DNA of 64,000 nt from Lama glama (taxonomy: Eukaryota), in the NCBI GenBank assembly GCA_028534125.1, contig CM052817.1, positions 55,058,001-55,122,000 on the forward strand, read 5' to 3'. A program made the position numbers and the translations under genes. Shown one piece after another: positions 24,402 through 36,900 of the stretch (positions are counted from its first letter, which is position 1; each line of letters starts with the position of its first letter). The notes below the pieces were generated by a model, which saw only the letters and a program-made list of their open reading frames with translations, did not search any database and was not told the origin of the DNA.

Positions 24402-25175
24402 GTTCCCTCTCTTTTAGTCTTAATCTCAACCAAATTTTGGGAGACATTTTGTAACCAATTTGTCCCACGATGCTAGGAATGCTCATTCTTAGGTCAGGTG
24501 AGGATTTTGTCGATAGGCCACTCAATGTGCTATTGCTGGACTAGGTCCCATTAACAACAGCCAAAAGCCTCTGGACCATCTGTCTTTCTAGACTGTCATG
24601 GTGTAGAAAATGATTCCCTCTTATTTCTTCCCATATCTAGAGTTACACTATTACAATAATTACCCTTACAGAACTGTTTATTTAATCATTTCAAGTCACC
24701 TAGTCATCACTACTTATCAGAGGCTCCGTCACACATTTGGTAATGCAAGGAACAGTATTCTTATAAAAGAGGCAGAGTTCAATATACCTAGTAACATTAA
24801 CATGGTCATAGGTAAGTATTCTTCTAAGGAGTTACCTGGCTGGTGTTAAAAGAAGAAAAATTGATCATCTTTATAATTGAGCAGATATTTCTGCCATAGG
24901 GGAAGTCTAGTTAATGCATAATGCAGATGCACAGTGCACACTGGGGATGGGCAATGAGCAGAGGAAAATTTTGGTTTACATTTTTCTTGTCTTATTTTTA
25001 AATATGAATTTTATTTCATTACCTTTGATCAATGTGGTGATGCTATGCTCTTTTTGTTCACTCTTAAATTAGGCTGAACTAGGGATGGATGTTATTTGCA
25101 GGAATGGGACAACTCTTCTTGATCCATACATGACCCACCTTGCCTATCCACCCTGGTGGTAGTTGTGTGTAGAAG
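24402..25175 (-). pseudogene. env: Decayed ERV env remnant (SU C-terminus, furin site, partial TM)
   Basis: Minus-strand AFYTQLPPGWIG resembles a gamma-type SU C-terminal motif; in-frame *TKRA at 25060-25046 (RTKR|A if TGA arose from CGA); hydrophobic anchor-like stretch near 24820-24740; PPT then LTR. Confidence 0.6.
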
Positions 25176-25189
25176 GCAGGGGAATGGAC

Positions 25190-25295
25190 AAATATAAGCT
25201 CTAGAAAAACAGAGTCTTTTTCTGTTTCATTCAGTCCTGCTTCTTCAGTACCACGCACAATGTCAGGCACATAGTAATAGTTTAATAAATACTGG
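25190..25295 (+). mobile_element. L2 3' end
   Basis: tataagctc...cacaatgtcaggcacatagta...aataaatactg. Confidence 0.7.
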
Positions 25296-26089
25296 GTAAC
25301 AAACAACTTAATGAGTCTTACTCGAGTCATCTTCACATTACATTAAACTCACTTCATAAAATATTTTCCCTCTTGTTGTCTTCTCTTACATTTATTCTTT
25401 GTGGGTTTTGTACCATTTAAATATTAGTTGGCACCTGGTTCCATTCTTCGTTTCTTAGACTAGCTACACTCCTTGAACAGGCTCATCTACTTGCTTGTCT
25501 ACAGTTACTTACCATCTATAAGACAACCCTGAAATGTGTTTTTCCACCTCAAATTTTCTTCTAATCTGCAGACAGAAGATACGAGATATCTTTACCCAGA
25601 TATCACACAATATGTCATCCCAGTGCATATAAAACTCATATTCCTACCCATAACGTTCTACTTTTCCTGTGTTCCCTTTCTCAAATACTTGGTCAACAAA
25701 ACCTTTTGCCTATAGATAAGGAAGAGACAATGCAGCATATCTCACTAATAGACTGAAAGTAAGATTAAGGAATATGTCATGGAAAAACTCTAATATAATA
25801 AAAATACTATAAATGAAGGAGTAGACCTGACAGGTAGAGCCATTCTCTCTTGTATCCTAGCTAGAATTTTGAGCTGAGAACATGAAAAAGAAACAAGAGG
25901 TAAGATTTAAGGTGAAGGGCCCAATGGAAGGAAGATCAATAATTCAGAGTTACCTAGCATACATTTTATTGTGTGATACAACTTACTCTTTTCTCCTTTC
26001 ATCTGAGAATTATACTTTCACAATCCAGGAACAATTTAAAACATTCAATTAAACAAATAATTATCTTCCTATTGTCTATCATGTACTTT

Positions 26090-27000
26090 CCCATTGCATG
26101 TGAATAATCAGTATACAGAATAATCAGTAGTTAAGACAGATAGACTTTATATTTATTGAAACAGCTAATATTACAGATGATTTGCCATTATTTCTGTGAG
26201 TTCAAACAATGTGATCAAGAATCTTTCCTTTTCCTCTTTCAACTACTTCTTCCCTTTTATGACTATGGCCTAGGAAGAAAGTGCTCTGAATGCCCAGGTT
26301 CAGACTGTTAGCCCGAATCTGGGCCCTGGAGTTGGCATCAATCCTATACAGATCACATGGGCAGAGAACAGGTGAGGGATAGTTTTTGAAAGGAAGAGAG
26401 AATGTCTGTTAGCAGGAGTAGAAACATTGTATAGGCAAAAGCACAGTAAACCACCTGTATTCTACCACTTTATTGGGTGCCCAGAACTTTTCTTCCTGTA
26501 CACTTCACTTAAAAAATATTTTCTCTTAACATAATACAACTATTCTATATACAATTGAAAACTCACTTGTTCTGTCCCCACAGGAAGATAATACACAGTC
26601 TGCCCAGTTGCACATCCAGGGTGATTAACGTCCCTTTTATTTGGGTCCAGATGGAGCTCATCACAGTCCAGTAATCTGTGGAGAAGTGATAAATTTTGTA
26701 AACTCTCACACATCCAAAACACAATAGTACAGAAGAATGGCAATAAAAGTTGCAATCTGGAATATGGTACAGGAAGAAAGAATCACAGTGGTCTTTCCGG
26801 GCAAGGAGAGCAAAGATTCCTGTCTTGGAAGAGGAGTGAGTTCTGAGGCAGCGACGTCGTCTGTTTGGCTGACCAAGACTCTCCTTTCAGTAGGAGTCCT
26901 TTAGTCTACTGTCTACATGTAAAATAACTGTTTGGAATATTTTCCTTCAGGAGCTGCTTCACTACAATTTTCCAATTTATCTTGGGTACTAGGGACTTTC
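26090..27000 (-). mobile_element. Old MaLR (MLT1J/K-like) LTR plus internal fragment
   Basis: LTR-like end at 26330-26460 followed by MLT1-int-like sequence (gggtccagatg, catccaaaacacaatagtacag). Confidence 0.5.
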
Positions 27001-27119
27001 AATGATGATAAATCAAACCTGTGACAAATTTAGATTTGGCCTTTGTCTTGCAATATAAGTTCTCAATTCATCTTAGACTGAATCCAAGGATTTGCAACTT
27101 GAACACTGAGCATTCTCTT

Positions 27120-27870
27120 TCCATTAGAATGTATAATTGATGATGGCTGGGATTTTTGTTTATTTTATTCACTCTTGTATCACAAAAGCCAGCAATCTTG
27201 CAGTAGTGTAATAAATATGTGTTACATGAATGAATTCTTTCTTTCTTTTATTCTGCCTCAAGTTCTATCATTTCTGCCCACTAAGTAGTTCTTGGACTTG
27301 GTCGCTTCTCCCTCTTTTCCTTTATCATCCTACCCCAATTCTTTATCAACTACTGCCTAAAATATTGTGTCAGCCTACTAAATGGTCCCTCTTCCACAAG
27401 ACTTAGCCCTCCCCTTTCCATTTTATACACAACAGCAAACCTATAGTTTTTAAACATGGATCAGAACACGTTATCCCATCTTTAAGTGGTTTACCATTGC
27501 TTTTAAGATCAAGTTTAAAATTCCTACCATGGCCTATAGTCTGCCTCCTCTTTTTCTCTCTGTACCTCTGCCCTCCCATTCCACCGATCTCTCTCTCTTC
27601 ATTGTTCCCTAGATTGCAGACATTCTGAAACTTTCTCAATTTATTAAATATTTCACAATATTTCAAATTTATTTCTTTTATTTGTTATTCATTCTGTCTG
27701 AAATACCTCCTTTGACCTGCTCTCATCTCTCTGTTCTTTGGCAGATTCCTGGTGGTTCTACACATCAGAAAAACGTCTACAAGCCACTTAATTCCCTTAG
27801 TAATGAAGCCTTAAATGCAATTTAATAACATGCATCCCTCTCATAATTACTTGCCGAATGTCTGCACAGT
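27120..27870 (+). mobile_element. L2 fragments
   Basis: ttagaatgtataa...aataaatatgtg; cctactaaatggtccc...gtggtttaccattgc...ttcctaccatggccta. Confidence 0.65.
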
Positions 27871-27877
27871 GGACATC

Positions 27878-28130
27878 TGTTGTGTTAGCCTGCATAGCAC
27901 CACTTCTGGTACAGAATCCTCCTTTCCTTTTGGGAGTCATCCATTTTACTGACATTTCATTGCTGACAGTTCATGTGAGGTGTCCTATATCCTATTACAG
28001 GGCAAGACACGTGATTCAGATCTGGCCTTGGAACTCTGCTATCCCTTCTACTTCTTAGCTCAATGGTAGGGACAGACCTCTGCCTCAGGACAACAGTAGG
28101 ATTAATTTGTTCCTTTCTCTCTATGCTGCC
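27878..28130 (+). mobile_element. LTR16-like ERVL LTR fragment
   Basis: cagaatcctcctttccttttggga...cacgtgattcagatctggcc. Confidence 0.5.
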
Positions 28131-31017
28131 TCTGAAGATGGTTTTATGAAAAAGAGATAATATTTTTTTTTCAGAGAGCTGTGGGAGAGGAATCTGAGAG
28201 ATCAAGAATTTCTTGGGTCCAAAAAGGAACAGTGCATCAAGTTTAAATCAAATCTTTAAAATTTTAAGACAGGAATACTGCTTTAATTTTTAATTGACTT
28301 CTCTTTTTAGCTTCTAGTTGATAAGATTTTAGAAAACAATTAGGATCTTTGCAGCATCCACTTTTATTTAAATTCCTGGTGGATAAATTAGTATTGAACA
28401 AATAATAATGACTTAGCACATATTTTTTAAATTAAAAAAGAACAAATGAATGAACAGCTCAACATGTTTTCCTATTAATTGTTTCTTGTAGTCAGAGTAG
28501 GAAAACTCATTTCAGAGATTGCTTTCCATTCAGACCTCATGAGAATATTTTAGTTAAGATTCTGAGAAACATATCCACCATGGGAAAAAATTAGGGTATT
28601 CTGATATATGAGAAGTATACATTTTATGGTTTTAATCACTATTTTTATTTTCCAGGATAGAACATATTAATGATAAATTTTATAAAATGAATTTGAGGGG
28701 CTAGGTGATTTTAGTCATTAATTTCATCGTTTCTCATTTTTCACAGTAAGTCTCCTTTTTCCATATCCTGTGACAAAAGTCAATTCACTTAATTATTTTC
28801 GCTACTATTTAAAAATCTGGTTCAGTTGCACATATCTGTATTATTTATTCAATTACTGGGTTACAATATGTATAGTATACAGGTGAAAAAGAGTAAAAAC
28901 ATTTCTAAAGTTCTTTTCCAAAGATTCAGAAAAATATTTACATAGGAAAAATACCACTAAAGTGTACTGCAGCTCTAAAAATACAAGTGACAATCAAATA
29001 TTTGTCAGAATCATAGGTATTTTTAAATAAATTACACCACTGTTTGGAACAAATTAAAAAATGTCATAGATATTTTCCATATGTCTTGTTTCTTAAAAAA
29101 ATCATACAGATAACTTTATTCCCTAGTAGATGTATATTTAAAATATAATCAAAGATGATGTTATTTAATAATATGGATAAGTTATAAGTTATATAAAGGA
29201 GTCTTTTCCTGAACTGTTTACTATGGTGCATCGTCCAGAAAAATAAACAATGTAAAGTAAATAAAACTATTCACCCGCTTGTTAGTTTAACCCCAAAATA
29301 ATGGCCTGATGTATTCTTAAGATATAAACTGCCCTTATGTTGTAAGCAAATACAACATAACTTATAAACAAGAGATTTTTTTTAACATGCCCTTATATAC
29401 TACAGGTGTAAATACACTGGGAAAAATGAAGTAGCCTTGAACAACTACAATGTGAGGTGTGTCTATAACAGCTAGGGCCACAGTAGCATAAAAAGCCTCT
29501 CTGTACCACCAAATAATAGAGAGCTACAGGAGAGGTCTGCATCACCTCAGAATGTGGTGAGAATGTTCACAGACTGGACTGAAAATATAAGAGACTAAGC
29601 AACTCCTTGGGCAGGTCAGGTTGTGGGTATCAGTGAACAGAGGCCATTAGGCACCAGCTGGAAGGGACAAGCTCTCCAAGGGCCTCAAGAGAGACTGGCC
29701 TGATCAGTCCCTACAGTAAAAGAGTACGTGCCTTACATGCCTCCCCGCTCTTTCTCCTTTTTGTGAGCTAACATACCTGCTTAATTGCTAAATTAACTTA
29801 ATTGCTTAATTGACTTCAAGACTCAAAAAGCTTGTTGAATCAAAATAAATGTATGTTTACAGATGCTCTTTTGGTTACTTTTTTCAGCACCCTGAACTGT
29901 GTCTTTGCTATAACCAGAGCCAAAGATTTGATTTCTAATGCAAGCACTTGAACATACTTATTGGATCTTAGCTCAAGTGCAATATATGAAAAAAAAAAAA
30001 AAACACCACACCACAGATGAAAAATTGATGGAATAAAACAATGTATGAAATTGTCAATGCAGTATGATCATATGAAGCAATATTGACCTGAAAGAAATAA
30101 TTCCAAAATCATAGTGCCTCCATGGTGGGACCATGGATTTAATATTTCATTCTTTCCAATATTCTGTTGTCAAAATATTGGAGATTTATTTCTGTTTCAA
30201 TTTAAAAGACTGTTAGAGTGTATATATGCAATGCTTATTTTATGTCTAATTGCACACCACTTTCACACTTTAAGTATGTTTAATAAATATGATTTTGGTG
30301 CTGTTCTAAGATTCCATGCTTGTAGGTTGGACTATAGTGGAAAATGTGCCATAGTCAGTCTTGGAATGAGTAGAGAGCAGACCTGAAGTTACAATGTTTT
30401 GCCTGATGCTACAGGGTTATGTTTGTGTTAATAAAATTTGAATAGCATAAGAGTTAAGTGAAGTATTAAACATGGACAAACATGACATAGAAACCATAGT
30501 AAAAACATTAATTAAGGTTGACAGATGTGAATACCATACTGTAATGTTAAATTCCACTATTACAATAGAGCTAAAGAAAAAATAAAGTAGTACCCGCTTC
30601 ATGGAGTAATTTCAAATGTCAGGTCATTACTTAAGTTTTTAGATGCTTCTATTATTTTAGTAAGTATGAGTTCTAGTCTTTAAGGGAGGATTTAATTTTC
30701 ATAAACATCTTTAAGATCAGTTTATTGATTTCATAGTTGAGAGCTAAAATTAGTTACAATTTTACCTATGACCACACATGGTGAAGGTACATAAGCTACT
30801 TTAGAGATTGTAATTTTTAAACAACAAATGAATTATAAAGCATTAAAATTTATAATTTAGAAAGCTGCCTTTTCATATCCTTATATCCTATTTGATTTCT
30901 GCTTGCTTATGTATAACTTTTAAGTATCTAGTAATCCTGAAACCAAGCTCCTTGTAGTTTGGAATCATTTTTTCCGGCAGATGCAAGCAATGTGCAGCCC
31001 CTAATAAATGGAGATAG

Positions 31018-31378
31018 TGTTTTATTTGGTAGCGCTGCTGTAACAAAACACCACAGGCTACAGAAATTTATTTTCTCACAGTTTTGGAGGCTAGAAGTCC
31101 AAAATCAAGGTGTCAGTCAGTCTGGTTTCTTCTGCAGCCTCTCTCCTTGGCTTGCAGACAGCTGCCTCCTTGCTGTGTCCTCATACTGTGTTTCCTCTTT
31201 GTGTGTCCTAATCTTCTCTTCTTCTAAGAACAGAAGTCAGATTGGATTACGGTACATCCTAATGGCTTAATTTTAACTTAATTACCCCTTTGAAGGACCT
31301 ATCTCCAAACACAGCCAGAAGTCCTGGAGTTAGGACTTCAGCTTATAGATTTCAGGGGGATGTAATTCTGCTATAACA
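31018..31378 (-). mobile_element. MaLR solo LTR, MLT1A-like
   Basis: gctgctgtaacaaaacaccacag...ctcacagttttggaggctagaagtcc...ctatctccaaa...ctataaca. Confidence 0.9.
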
Positions 31379-33629
31379 ACTAGGAAGCCCTGCATGGTCA
31401 GCTTTATCTACCTCAGTTCATTTGCGTTTTCTGGATTTGTAGTGGCTCTTCAACATAAACTTGAGAACAAACAAACAAACAAAATAACAAAATAATGGTA
31501 TGTATTTGAATATGTGCTAAAGTAGTGAAGTTTCACACAGCAAAAGTGTTCATTAGATATACTTAATACACTGTGATCCTTATTTTACTACCACTATCTT
31601 TTTAGTAAAAATTAGCAATGAAGGATTCACTTACATCACACTCCCAGCTCTTCTGGTACCTAATTATTCCCAAAATATTTACCCAAAATTTTATAAACCT
31701 AAAGTATTAGCTTCTAAACCTCCATATGTTGGGAGTTTCTGTGGTTCCCAGATTCCTATTTTTGTTTAGTTTTGGTTTAGTCATTATGACATAAAAGACT
31801 TTTATTTTAATTAGCAATACACATTGTTCATTTTAATGCTGTTTTTGCACCTGAACAATCGTGGAGCGCTAATCAAACTATTCTCTATATTATTCTCCCT
31901 CTTTTCCTGTCAAAGGGTAGGGCAAATGTTGATCTACTTTTTGAGAAAAGTCCCATGCTTTTGGTGGGAAATACTAGCTTTTAAGTGGCTAATTAGTAAG
32001 CTCGCCTCACAAGTTTAAAAGATAAAAATAGAACTCTTTAATGTACTTAATGTTTATTTATTCTTAGTATTTCAATTGCTACCATGTGGCAGGTCAAAAA
32101 GTAAGGTATACTAGCTGACAGAAAATTGTTCTTTCTTCTCCTCCCGTATACTATATAACATGCATGATATTGCATATTGCAGTGTGCTGTAATACATTTT
32201 TAATATTTTGGTTATCTCCTCAGTATTCATGTCCTGAAGGACTTTTGTGATAATCAAATGCAGACTGAAACCAAGCTAGCTCAAAGAAATTTAGAAAAAT
32301 TTACTAACCACTGAAATGGAGATCACCAACACAGATTCATAAATTACATGGTATTTTATCTACAGAAATGTATGTAGTTGATGCTGGAGTGGCTTATTAC
32401 TTTATGCTGGGGAGGTTATTCAAGTAATTCCAATTTCTCTGGTTTGCATAGAAAGGAGTTTCCTTTCACCTTTGGCCCACTCCTCTTACTCCTCCAAGTT
32501 GAGGCAGAGTGAGTTAATTCGTTCATAAATGTCAGCCATTAGTCTGCGTTTCTCAGGGACAGAGAAAATTTTAGCATACATGAAAGAGATCCCTATTTAT
32601 GTCCTCTTTCATTTATCCTGAATGAGGGAGAGTTGGTGACCTGGGTAGTTGTATCTTCCCTGAAAACTCCAGCACTGCCTCTGATGAGAGCTGTTCAAGT
32701 GGCCTGGCGTGTGGGAGCTCTCCCACTGAGGTGTGTCCCGGGAGAGTGCTGTCAGGAACGAAGCAGACATTTCTCCCTCTTTCACTTGATGGTTTCATCT
32801 TTTTTTTTTTTCACTTCTTTCAGAATTTAAGAGGAATGTTATGTATTGAATCTCTCAAACCTCAGCTCTTTTTAAACTTTTTCCCCTTGGAAATATTTCT
32901 GTCAATATTTTTCCATCAACACGGCAGCTCAAACCATATGTGTGAAGAGTGCCAGGTGTGGTGAGTGTTGGGCAGGGGTTACATGAAGAAAAAGGAGAAG
33001 TAGTAAATGATTAAGTCATATACAACACATGACAACAATTCAGAAATATTGTTCTTTGGAGGTTTTAACCAGTCAGCTTACTACTTTGTTTTTGGTTCCT
33101 GGTGATCCTTAGACCACTGAAATCACTGGAGAAATCTGTGATGGAGACAGCAGTTCTCAAAAATCTTGACAAAAAGGCATAGTTTAGGCTGACATGTCCT
33201 GCATTTAAATGATAAGAAAAAGAACCCTAATGCATAAATCCTACACGTTATATAAAAGACAAATGGCTGAAATAAGCATTCTGTGAAAAAGGACTATGAA
33301 ATTATTACCAAATCCATCCATCCTTAGATAAGGAAAATCATGACATTGGTGAACCTAGAATATTGTTTCATGTGGAGGTTCCACTGGCCAAAGCATGGTG
33401 TTAATCTTTTAAGCTGAGTGAATATAATCATCTTAACTCTCCTTGAGCACACCCTATTTAAGCCTGCCTTAATAGTATTAATTTCCTACACTTAATCATT
33501 ATTTTTATTCTATCTTGAAACTTATGAACTGAGTATGGGTCTGGTACATAGAAAGTGCTCAATAAAGTTTGAAACAAAGGAAAGAAAGGAGAAGGAAGGG
33601 AAGAGAAAGGAAAAGAGAGAAGCAGGGGT

Positions 33630-33807
33630 CACAAAACGTTATGGTAGCTCACAGAGAAAAAAATGTGACAATGAGTGTATATATGTCCATGTATGACTGA
33701 AAAATTGTGCTGAACACTGGAATTTGACACAACATTGTAAAATGATTATAAATCAATAAAAAAAATGTTAAAAATGAAAAATAAAAAAATAAAAAAATCC
33801 AAAAAAA
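33630..33807 (+). mobile_element. Young, heavily 5'-truncated camelid L1 3' end
   Basis: ggtagctcacagagaaaaaaatgtgacaatgag...ttgacacaacattgtaaaatgattataaatcaataaa + A-rich tail; perfect 14-bp TSD AGAGAAGCAGGGGT at 33616-33629 and 33808-33821. Confidence 0.9.
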
Positions 33808-36774
33808 AGAGAAGCAGGGGTAATTGGTAATAGGTTTTTTAATTTGTCGCCTTCTTTTGCATCTGAGTTCCATAACACAAATATTAATTGCAAAAGATCT
33901 ATAAACCTCTTAAAACACATACAATTATACATTTTTCCCCTTAAATTAAATCTATTCTGCATACCTCAATAATCACTACAGATTGTATTTTTGTGATCTG
34001 GTACTTATTACAGCCAAAGATCATGTGAAAATATTTTAATATTAATTTATACTGTTGTTTCCTTCTTCATTGTTTAATATACCATAGCATCTTGAAGTAG
34101 GTATATCTTTTTTAAGCATTTAAGGAAACTGAGTGAGTTTTCATTTTGGCTGTCAATATAATACATATTTCAGCAACACATTAGAAGATTCTTTCTCTGT
34201 GAATTATCCTTAGAGATTAAAAATAAAAATACGGTGGTATAGAAATGCTGCCAAAGCACGTTATATGACTATTCCTGGCTCCCACTCTATTTTTTTCCTA
34301 TCCAAATGAAGCATCTTTCTGCCAAAAAGATACAGGTGTGGAATCAGATCTTTCAGTTTGTGAACTCTTGGGTTTACATCTGAAGGATGTATCTTATTTT
34401 AGAATATATATTGATGCTTTATAAAAAAATAGAAGTGGGATGTTCTTATGAAAATGAATAAGAAGGGAAGCAGATGTCAGCCTTTTGCATTATGGAAAAT
34501 GTCAGTGGGATATATCTGGGATATAGCTACTCAGTTATGCTCAAATACTTGTGATGCAGTATTGGGTGCAGTGATCCAGATACACATGTTGAGTGTTAAA
34601 AAATAGATCTTAAATACAATCTGCAAAGCCTGCACAATATCATACTAGTTCATAGTGATGTTTGGAAAGATCAATGCTTATAAGTGACTTGTGTTTTATG
34701 TTTTGCCAAGTATAATTAATGTGGTGTTATAGTATTTTTGATGAATAGTCTAAAACATTTTATTCCAGTGAAAAGAAGGGATGATTACAATAGATTCTGG
34801 CAAAGGGAATGAGAAAATATTCACATCAGAATCCTAAGATCATTTTAGGCATAGTTGGAAATGTGTTCTTATTGTTGGAAAAAATATAGCAATTAAATTG
34901 TTGAATAGCAAATATTCAGATTCATGGAGTGTTATTATTTTTGATTCAGTAGTCCTGTCCAATGAATTGCTTTGTAATGATATGTATGTTTATATACTAA
35001 ATTCAGCATTATTATTTGAATGATAACTATGGGTCAACTATTATAGGAAGAAACATGTGGGATCCAAAATGGTCCATGATATGAAATAGTCTCTTTTCTT
35101 AATCTTTAGTTTAAAAGTATTTTTCTGGTTCAAAAACAAAGAGAAATTTGGTTCTAAACTCTGTAGTGTGTACTGAAGTAAGGTCATATTACTTATCTTA
35201 ACACTCAAGTCCTACCACTTTTGGTTCTCAACTTATATTTCATTTTTATCCTCCACTCATCCTCACTTGAGCACACTGTTCTTTTCATCTTTATGATCTT
35301 TGTCACATTTTCAATGATGTGGTGATTCGGTCAGTTATACATCTATTAACAGTGCATAGAAATAAAAGGTTAGTGCCTGTGAATATTAAAATAGAGAAAG
35401 TGTAAGAATAGAAATTACTCTTCAGTGATGTGATCAGAAAGTGCACCAAGTGAAAGTAATATTTGAATTGAGCTTGAAGGAAAATTTTATTTTGACCATG
35501 AAAGATGTTGCCAAAATAACATTTTTGACAGAGGAAAGAGGATGAATAAAGATGGAAAAGTGAAAATCATATTACATGTTGAAGTAAATTTCTTAAGAAT
35601 TTTTTAGGGGGGTAGAGTGGGAGATTATTTTGAAAATGCAAGATTAAGATATTGGAAGGAATATGTCAGATGTCAAGGTAAGTAGTTTGTCTCAGTAAAT
35701 AGCAGGGGGAAAAAACGGTCTTCTATTTTAAAGAGATGGAGCTCAGTAAACTTAAGTTATACTTGTAAAAATTGTCTGAAGGATTTGTAAAGGTAGTCAT
35801 GTTTGTGCATATATTTCTAGAAACAGTCCATCTAAAAACCAACTAAGTAATGTTTATTAGAGATATGGTTTACCAGTAGCCAGTTGTTCCAACTAACCTG
35901 TTAATGTTTCTTATTAGAGTAGAACCTCCCCCAGAATACATCAGTGCAAGGAAAATAGTACAGTAAAAGTGGTTTTGTTTAATGTGAATATGTAAAGTAA
36001 TGTATACATTACTGAATGGTACCATCATTAAAGGAGTTCTGTTCACAGAACAAGATTGGGAGTTAGGAAACTTGAATTCTTGTCAGAGTTCTGCCATTAC
36101 ATAGCTAAGTTATCTTAATTATTCCTTATTATATCATCTATAAAATATTGATTCAGGCTTAATAACTTTGCTGTTTGGGGCTATACATACTTAAATAATT
36201 AAAGATACATTTACATATGAAGTATATATTTATATATACTTTGGCACAGTAAAAATTAGCATCAAAATGTGCTTACCAAAAATGTATTACTGATATGTAT
36301 CAATATGTATATATAATTATTACTGATATATATAAAATTTATTACATGATACATATTATTGATATTTTCAGTTTAATTAAAGAGAAGAGAGATTAGCAAA
36401 TTTTCATCGTTTCTGACCTTTCTATCTCAAAGATTTTCATTAACTCATACAATTCATTCTATTCCCTTTAAATAAAATCATATCCAAATGAACAAGTACT
36501 TACAGTTTATGATGCCCCAATATAACCTGCCATACATTTATGTGGATATTTTATTGAAATATTATTTTGAGATATATTTATTAGGATAATTTACCTATCT
36601 ATCATTATTTTAATTACTGAATATTAGCTATATTTTCCTTCCCTACACCAAGAAGATTTTCTGATTAGATTTAGGGCTTTCTAAGCTACAGGAAACATTT
36701 TTCTGGCTTGGTGTTATTGTGCTGACATAGAAAATTATAAGTTACTGGGGAACAGGTTTCTGTTTTGGGAGTTG

Positions 36775-36900
36775 GCTCAGTCAGAGTCCCAGGTAGAAAC
36801 AGATGATAGTCAATTTAGGATAATTCAAGGAAGATTTATTACCAGGGGCTAATCATAAGGTGTGGGCAAGGGTAGCAGGAGACCTCAAGGAACAGGGAAA
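36775..36900 (-). mobile_element. LTR33-like ERVL LTR fragment
   Basis: tcagagtcccaggtagaaacagatg...ttaggataatt...aaggtgtgggcaaggg. Confidence 0.55.

Noticed and set aside
36280..36370. Repeated TATTACTGATA units
   Set aside because: AT-rich low-complexity slippage; no spacer or CRISPR-like organisation
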